The notes beneath the pieces were generated by a model, which did no database searches, had not been told where the DNA came from, and saw only the letters and a list, made by a program, of their open reading frames with translations. A stretch of DNA of 64,000 nt, taken from the NCBI GenBank assembly GCA_028534125.1, contig CM052851.1, positions 1,178,001 to 1,242,000 of the forward strand, in the 5' to 3' direction. The position numbers and the translations under genes were made by a program. Source of the stretch: Lama glama. Its lineage: Eukaryota. Positions 56,591 to 64,000 of the stretch are shown here, one piece after another (positions within the stretch are counted from its first letter, which is position 1; every line of letters starts with the position of its first letter).

Positions 56591-58966
56591 CCTCGGTGCT
56601 CCGGCAGGGCCGGAGGCGGTGGGGGAGACCACCCTGGCCCTCGCCCGGCCCACCCAGGGATGGCGCAGGCTCACACCCTCTCCAGGACCGGCAGGACTGG
56701 ACAAAAGGCCCCCAGGCCAGTGATGCAAGAGGGACTTGGGAGGAGGAGGGGACGGCCCGCACTCGGGCCTCCCCTGGCCCAGGCATCTCGGTTGGAGATG
56801 CTGGCGGCTCCCGTGGCCAGCCTCCCGGGAAGCGGGGCAGACTGTGGGCCTTTGGCCTCTCCCCTTCATGGGGCACGGCCCCTACCTACAGGCTCGAGGT
56901 TTCCTCGTCTGACTCTGGGGACCGCGTCCACCTGGAGGTGCCTCGCTCCAGGCGGCCCGCTCCGGTCCTCCTCCCAGCCCCCAGGTGCAGGCGCCACGGG
57001 CTTGGGCTGGGCCACGGCCATGTATCTCCTTAGCCAAAGCCCACCGGAAAGCCGGGGAGGCTTGTTTTGGGGGTTCCGACCTGCTCCATCTCGTCGAAGG
57101 TGCCCTGGGAGGCGATGGTCACCTCTCGAGGTGAGTCCCCTGTCAAGGCTCCTCTGCAGACAGTACACCAGAGAACGCCTTGTCGCCAAACCCACGCTGC
57201 GGGCCCAGGTGTGCCACCCCGGGGCGGGGCGGGCGGCGGGAGTGCGACTCGCAGGGAGCGTCCCGGCTCCCAGCTGGTTAGCCGTGTGTCAGAGCTCCCG
57301 TCCTTGTTCGACCCGCGGCAAGTACTTCCCCCTGAACACAGTTCTTGGGAATTTATTTTGTTGCCAACTTCTGGTTTTCAGGAGCATCACGGGTGGCCCC
57401 GGCCCCGTGGCTCGGGGTTGCAGGCCTGGCCCATCTCCGGCTGCAAGTGTCCCCTCACACCGGATTTCAAGATACTGTCAGGCGTCACGTCACTGGAAGC
57501 AGAGAAGGGAAGGGATCCGGCCGCCGGGAGCTGTGACCTGGGAGGGGGTGCTGTCCTGCGCCTCTAGCCCCATCCGCGTCCCCCTCCACGTCCAGAGAGG
57601 GGTCTTTGGTTCAGTGCCAGCCTCCTCTCTCCCGCCCAGGCCACCTGTCCTGAGTGGACCTGCTCCAAGTGCCCTGCACCCCGTGGAGACAGAGGAAATT
57701 GGCTTGAATCCACGAGTTCCCCACAGAGAGGGGAAGAAACACTGAGGGAACCGGCTTCCCGACTTCTCAGCATCCTGGGCGGCCCTGAGCATCCCTGAGC
57801 CCAGGTCTGGAGATGCGGGGTGGTTGTGGGGTCCCCCGGGCCCCCGGTGGGCTGGGGTCCCAAGAGTGGCCTGTGGGAGTGGGCTCCGCACTCACTCCCA
57901 TCATGGGAGACGTCGTGCCCGCCAGGCCCCGGGCAGAGCAGCTGCCTGTGTCCCTCACACCACTCTGTCTGTCCACTCTGTCTGGGAAGAGTGTTCTGGG
58001 TCTGCACTGTCCAGCCTGGGAGAAGCAGCCCCCAGCCTCAGGAAAGCGCAGAATGAGGGGACCCTAGGGTGGGGGGCACCAAGGAACAGCCCCCCAGGAG
58101 CTCTGGTCTGACTCTGCTGTGTCCCAGGCTCAGCGGTAGGGCGCAGGGTTGGTCTGGGGTCAGCAGGGCCTTCATCTCCGCTATGGGTAACAGGGGATCT
58201 GCATCTGCCACAGAGATGGGGGCTCTGATGCTTGGAGGAAGAGGCAGGGTGGACACCCGCGTGGCAGGTTTCCCATCTCAGCTCCCAGACATTTCTTCTC
58301 CGTCTGCAACCACGCCAGCACCCGGCTCCCATTAACTCACTCCTGGGCTGTTGCAGCAGCCACGCCCTCTGCTTCCCTGGCTCTGCACACAGTAGGCACC
58401 CTCCATACGGCCAGCCTCGTGGTGGCCCTGGGACAGTCCCTGAGCCCAGCCGTCCTTCCCAACTGCCAGCCAGCTCTAGGTGAGGGGCGTCAGCTTCTAC
58501 CCCGGGGGTGGGATGGTTCCCACTCTGTCCCCTGTGTGTGAGGGGACAGCACGGTGGGGACCAGACAGAGGAGGCTACACTGCTGACCTCCTCAGCGGCA
58601 GAAGCCATCCCATTTCTGAGCCCTCAGCCCTGCCTTGCCGGCCGCAGGTGGACAGGCCACCCTTGTGAGAATACAGTCATTCTGCTCCATCCAGGCCCGC
58701 CCTGAGGAACGCGGCAGTTTCTGCCCAAACCCTCACCGTCCAGCAGAGCCTTCCCGTGATGCAGCGAGCGTTCTGGGTCTGCGCTGTGCCCCCGGGAGGC
58801 CTCCAGACGCTGCTCGCTTCATTGTAATTCATCACAGCGTAAGCGGCCTCATGTGTCTGGAAGTGATTCTGTTGGACGACGCAGATTCGAACCGAGCTCT
58901 TGGGGTCAGAAGTGGGGTCGGGGAGGTGGCCGCCCGCTGGTGGGCCGTTGATCAGGCCCTGAGGGG

Positions 58967-59180
58967 CGGGTCACCAGAGAAGATGCACGATGCCCAGATA
59001 AATCTGAGTTTCAGGTGCAATAATGAATGTTCCTTAGTTATGAATGTTTCTTAACGTGCACCATGCAATGTTCGGGACACTGTTGAGGACACACGTATGT
59101 GCTAAGCATTGATTTGCTCTTTCTCTGAAATTCTGATTTACCAGGGGTCCCGGACTTCTATCGGCTACTCCGGCCGCCCA
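58967..59180. mobile_element. MER53 palindromic hAT MITE
   Basis: GATGCCCAGATAAATCTGAGTTTCAGGT...CCATGCAATGTTCGGGACA...TCTGAAATTCTGATTTACCAGGGGTCC follows the MER53 consensus, with inverted halves. Confidence 0.8.
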
Positions 59181-62100
59181 CAAGTTGCAGGTCGGTCCTT
59201 CAGTAGCAGGACAGCCGGCGTCCAGAATAATCACACGGTGGGCAGTCTGAGCAGGGCTGGGGAGGCCAGCACTGGGCCTGCTGGCCCTTGAAGACAGACG
59301 GGGTCCTGGCTGCGGCCCTGGGAGGCAGCGGACCTGCAGCTCAGACTGCCCCAGGCTGACATCGTGCCCCCAGAGTGTTCCTGGGGTCCTGCCTTCCCTC
59401 TGAGGCCCATCTCTACCCTGATTTCCATCCTCCCCATCAGACACTGTCCTGCTGGTCCAGTGCAGACAGCCGGCTTGAGGCCGGAGTCACCCCTAGCCTC
59501 CACCCCACGCAGCCACAGGGCAGCCCTGCTCAGGGGGCTGGGCCGCTGGCTACAGGAGTGTCCTTTCTGGGCCGGACTGGTGGGCAGAGGCCCCGCTCCT
59601 CCATGGCCTCCCAAGATGCCTGGGGCAGGCAGCCCGGCTCTGGGGTGCAGCTCTGGGAAGCCCCCAGCTCAGGCCAGACTCTGCTTCTGTCCCGTCTCCC
59701 TCACTGGGAGGACTGCACCCCTCTTTGCACTCGGCCTGAGGCCCCTCGTGTGTCTGAGGGGCCCTCAGGGTGTAGGGAGCAGTCTGAGAGGGGATTCGGG
59801 GGGGCCGCGAGCTCTGAAGACGATTCCTTCTTGACTCTCTGCTTGCAGGGCCCCCGCCTGGGAAGAACGTGTGTGTGTGCAGGTGTGTGTGAGGGTGTGT
59901 GTGCAGTTCGCGCTCACGTGTTTTTGAGGGAGGCGAGGCCTGGCACCGGAGAGCCAGCAGGCAGAACCCAGCGTCTCAGGGGCCGGGGCCGGATGAGGGC
60001 TACCCCTCCCGTGAGCAGGACCCTGTCCCCATGTGCCACCAACCTGAGCCGTGGTAAGGGGACAGGGGCCTGTGTCCAGGGCCTGGCCTTGGTCCCCTGG
60101 CTGGGGCGTGGACCTTCTCCCCTCCTCTCCTGGGAGGCAAGGAAGCTGCAGCACTGGAAAGACGGAGGATGGTGGGCTGCATTTTTGGGGGGCCTGACTA
60201 AGGCCGACACAGCTGGGCCTTCCCAACCTGACCTGGAGACAAGGTGGGCACTGTGAGGGTCCTCAGCACCCCGCTTTCCCATCCTGGCTTCTGGGCTCTC
60301 CCACATCGGCGGGCAGCTCGCAGGTTTGGGAGCTAAGGGCCCCCTGCAAGGCCGCCTACTTGCCTTCCCCACGGGCTCCTGCTGCCAGCGGTGGCCCCCG
60401 TCCTGGTCTGGGACACCCCCTGCGTGTGGGCCCCGGCCTGTCTGAGGGTCCCCAGGTGATTTGCAAATGTAGATTCTGTTTGGTTCCATTTAAGAGAGGA
60501 GGGAGGGGAGAGTTTCTTCGGAAACCACCTTGCTGGCCCCGGACCAAGGGTAGGAAGCGAGGGCTTTTTCCTTTGAAAAAGACTTTCCCTATTGAAAGCA
60601 AGTTTTCTCTTTTTATTTTTTTTTTTCAAGGAAAATAATTTCAGATTCCGTTTTTCCTTATGTGCCTTCCAGACAGGGAACCCTCCAAGGCCTGGGGACC
60701 CCAGGCTGGCGGCCCTCACCTCCAGGCAGACAGGTCCCCCCAGGCTCCCAGGGTCACCACTGTCCCTTACGAGGCCACCTGGGCTGTGAGCTGAGGCTGC
60801 ATCTCAACACTTGCTCCCAAGGGCTGGGGAGTCCAGGAGGCTGGGTGTAGGAGCTGGCAGGTGGGGGCATGGGCGGACAAGCAGTCCCTGGGGAGGGCCT
60901 TGGAGGTGGCTCTGGGAGAGGGGCTTGCTGGGTGACCAGCCAGTGACCAGGCTGAGCAGACACCCCAAGAGGAGGAAGGGCTCCCCTAGGCCTTCAGCTC
61001 TTCCCCAGGCCGACCCACAGCAGACAGCTGGCCGCCTTCCAGCCCCCTCCCCAGGCCGGGGTGTCTTCCCCCTCTGCCTCCCCACCTCCAGGCCTCCCCT
61101 GTCCCTGAGATCCCCCTCTGACCTCCAGCCCTGGCTCCCCAGTGTGTGCCAGTGTCCTGGCCCCTGTGGGATGGCATAAAGGATGACAGAGGTCACAGAT
61201 GTGCCCCGCAGAAAGAAGGAAAGAGAAGTCTCTCTGCAGCCGGAGCATTCAGGGCCCGTGTGCGGGGTCCTGGTCACGCCCAGCCCCGTCATCCAGCACG
61301 GGCTCTTCCTGGCCGCTCCCCTCCACCCGGCGTGTCCCGGGCCCTGCAAGGGTGGGGCCGCTGCTGTCTCCCTTTGCCTCGAAGGGCTCCATCCCCCCAG
61401 GCTCCCCTCTTCAGCCAACAGGCACATTCCTGAGGGTCAGCCAAGCGGGCTGAGGGGTCCCAGGGACTCCAAGCCCCTCTGCCAGCTCTGTCCATGTCCA
61501 GGGTGGATGACAGGTCTGCCCGCTCGGCCCCTGCAGACCACCTTCCCCCGAAGGAGAGGTGGGAAGCTGGCTGCTCAGGAGGGCGTGGGGAGGACCGCCT
61601 GGGCAGAAAGCCTCGGCCTCCTGAGGACGACTGGTCCAGGCCGTCCGCGTGCACGCCCCCACCCGCTCGCATCCCTCTGTGCTGCCCACACTGGGTCCCC
61701 TGGGCTGGAAAGAGTGCCCCGCACCTGCTCGCTGCCCGGATTCGGGTGCAAGAGGGCAGGATCTGCCCCTCCCCGCAGCGCCAGGTGGACTGTCATCTCC
61801 CAGGGCAGGCACTGCCCACTGTTGCTGTCTGCCCTACCCGGGCTCCTGCCACCCAGACGGGCCTGAATGACCGCCTCACCCATGGGAGCCCACCAGAGAA
61901 CCCAAAGAAACGTCAGGAACCCTCACTCGCATGCCCTAACTCTTAGCTTCTCAGGGACCACATTCCCGTCCCCTGATGTCTGCTGGTGGGTGGGGCCCTG
62001 TCCTCTCCTGACGGGGCTGTGCTGGGGAGCATGGGTGGGACTCCAGCAGCAGAGCCTGCACCCTGGTGGGGAGCCCCAGACAGCTGCCGGTGTCCCCTTG

Positions 62101-62489
62101 ACTGGCACGGAGGACAGCCGTCGGACTGGGCTGACCAGTGAGGGATGGGTGCTTGATTGCTTGGCACGTGTGGCCATGGAGGGCTTGGTCCCTGCAGAAT
62201 GCCCACTGTGTACCCACCGCAGGGGACGATCCAGGGTGCCAAGGAGAGGACAGGGTGGGACAGGGCCTTGGACTTGGACGTGGGCACTCATGGGCCAGGA
62301 GAGCTGGCCAGGATGAGGAGGACAAGGGCACAGGCTTGGAGCTGGGTCCTCGTGGGCAGGGGGCGTCCAGGGGAGGGGACAGTGAGCAGGGGCCAGAGAG
62401 AAGGGGAGGGGTGGTCAGTACTGGCATGTGCACCCTGGGAGCTCAGAGGCGCCCATCCCCAAACCGAGGGAGGCCCGTCCTACACTGCA

Positions 62490-62560
62490 CTTGACTGATG
62501 GGGAAACTGAGGCCCTGAGAGGGAGCTGAGTCTGCTCAAGGCCACAGAGCCAGGAGTGCG
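62490..62560 (-). mobile_element. MIR core fragment
   Basis: GATGGGGAAACTGAGGCCCTGAGAGGG...GCTCAAGGCCACAGAGC. Confidence 0.75.
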
Positions 62561-64000
62561 CAGCAAACCTCCCGTCCCTGCGCACCTCTCTGGGAGGGCT
62601 CTGGGTGGCTTCTCTTGATGGGAGTCTCCAGGCAAATGGGCGGACGCTCTGGTTGGGCGTCCCACGTGCCACAGAGCCCCAGGGCCTCTCAAGCCGCAGT
62701 CCCTGCTGTCCCCGTGGGTGCCAGCGGAGAGGGGTGGCAGTGGCGGGGCTGGGCAAGGCCAGCGGGATGGCTCCCAGCGAGAACCTGCCAAGTGTTCCAG
62801 GAAGCGCCTTTCCAAGGAGCCAAGCTGCGCAGAGCGGGCTCCCCAGCCGCTCGTCCCGGACCAAGGAAAGCAAACACGGGGAGCGGGAAGCACTTGAAAG
62901 CAAGAAACTTTAGCAAGTGAGAGCGGGTGAGGCCTTGGCCTCCAGGAGCCACGTCACACGCAAACACGGCACGGGGCCACCGCCCCCGCCGGGGGCCGCC
63001 CGCCGCCGCGTTCTTTCCACTGCCCGCAGCTGCTCCTCTCGGCCCCCCTGCCTGGCCTCTCTCCCCGGCCCAGCCCGCGCAGCCTGCCCCGTGAGGCCCC
63101 ACCGTCTGCGTGGGACAAGGAAGCAGGTCCCTTCCAACCGGGGCTCCCTGGGGGAACCACAGCCTCTGCCTGCCCTCCCTGCCCAGCCCAGCCTGCCCAC
63201 AGACCCCCGGCAGGGGGAAAGGGGGCTGAGACAGGCAGGGCAGCGGGTGCAGGGTGATTCCGAGTGCAGGAGCCTCGTGCTGGGGGCAGCCAGCCCCCTG
63301 ACTGCCCAGATGTCCCTGAGGGCCACTTCAGGGCACGGCTATTTCCAGCCCCATGGCTCGGTTCTCCTCTTCCCAAAGAGGCAGGGAATGTGGGCACTGG
63401 GGACAGCTGAGACCCCAAAAAGGGCATGAGCTGCTGAGGTGACAGCAGTAAAAATGGAAGGGCAGTGGCCGTGCTCGGGTTTCCTTGCTCCCCCTGCCAC
63501 CGTGTCCCCTCTGCCTTGCACGCACCCCTCACCCCCAAGCTTCCAGGCCCGATAGGGGAGGTGGCCAGACAGGGGTTGTCACAACAGGTGTGGTGCACAG
63601 AACGAGGTGGGTTCCAGCGGGGCACTGGGGCCTGTACCCCTTTGCCCACGAAGCCAGCGGCTCTGTGCTGGGGCCCAAGGGGTCCCTCCATCCATAAAGC
63701 CAAGGAGACCAAGCTCCCCCTCCTCCGCACTGAGCCAGGACCACCCAGCTCTTATCTGAAGGCTGGGGACCAGAGGGGGCTGGTGGGAGGGGCGTGGGCG
63801 CTGACCAGCCTGGACCTTGAGCGCTTGCACCCCCTTCCCACCCCACGTCTTGTCCCCAGCAGGGGACATCCTTACGGTCCTTTCTGGCCAGCTGTTCCCT
63901 CCCATCTCCACAGGCTGCGAGTGGCAGCCCCAGCTGCTGCAGCCTGCCTGGCCCCGGCCCACTGCCAGGCGCCCCCGCCAGTCCCCTTCCTGGCTCGTGG

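Noticed and set aside
1-64000. Species assignment, IGF2 exons, or a wholly novel genetic system
   Set aside because: No diagnostic young SINE was recognised, so the species is unresolved. No IGF2 coding sequence is present. The architecture is explained by the known H19/IGF2 imprinted domain.

Overview
GC-rich eutherian genomic DNA covering the H19 half of the imprinted IGF2/H19 domain. The species is probably neither primate nor rodent, since I recognised no Alu or B1/B2 elements. In order it contains: the last two coding exons of MRPL23 (+); about 31 kb of H19 downstream enhancer territory; the complete five-exon H19 lncRNA gene (-) with the miR-675 hairpin; the H19 promoter; a 44-45 bp tandem repeat; the imprinting control region (ICR1) with three canonical CTCF repeats, a dyad octamer and dense ZFP57 motifs; and about 24 kb of intergenic DNA towards IGF2, with old MaLR LTRs, MER53, MIR and several AT-rich conserved-looking islands. 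IGF2 itself is not in the window. Almost all ORFs in the track are artefacts of high GC content. The system is well known rather than new. The most interesting observations are a miR-675 with an altered 3p seed and weakened upper stem, a long-range exon 1/exon 5 RNA helix with a G-U-preserving substitution, and the detailed ICR architecture. Comparisons to human, mouse and repeat consensus sequences are from memory and need alignment to confirm.
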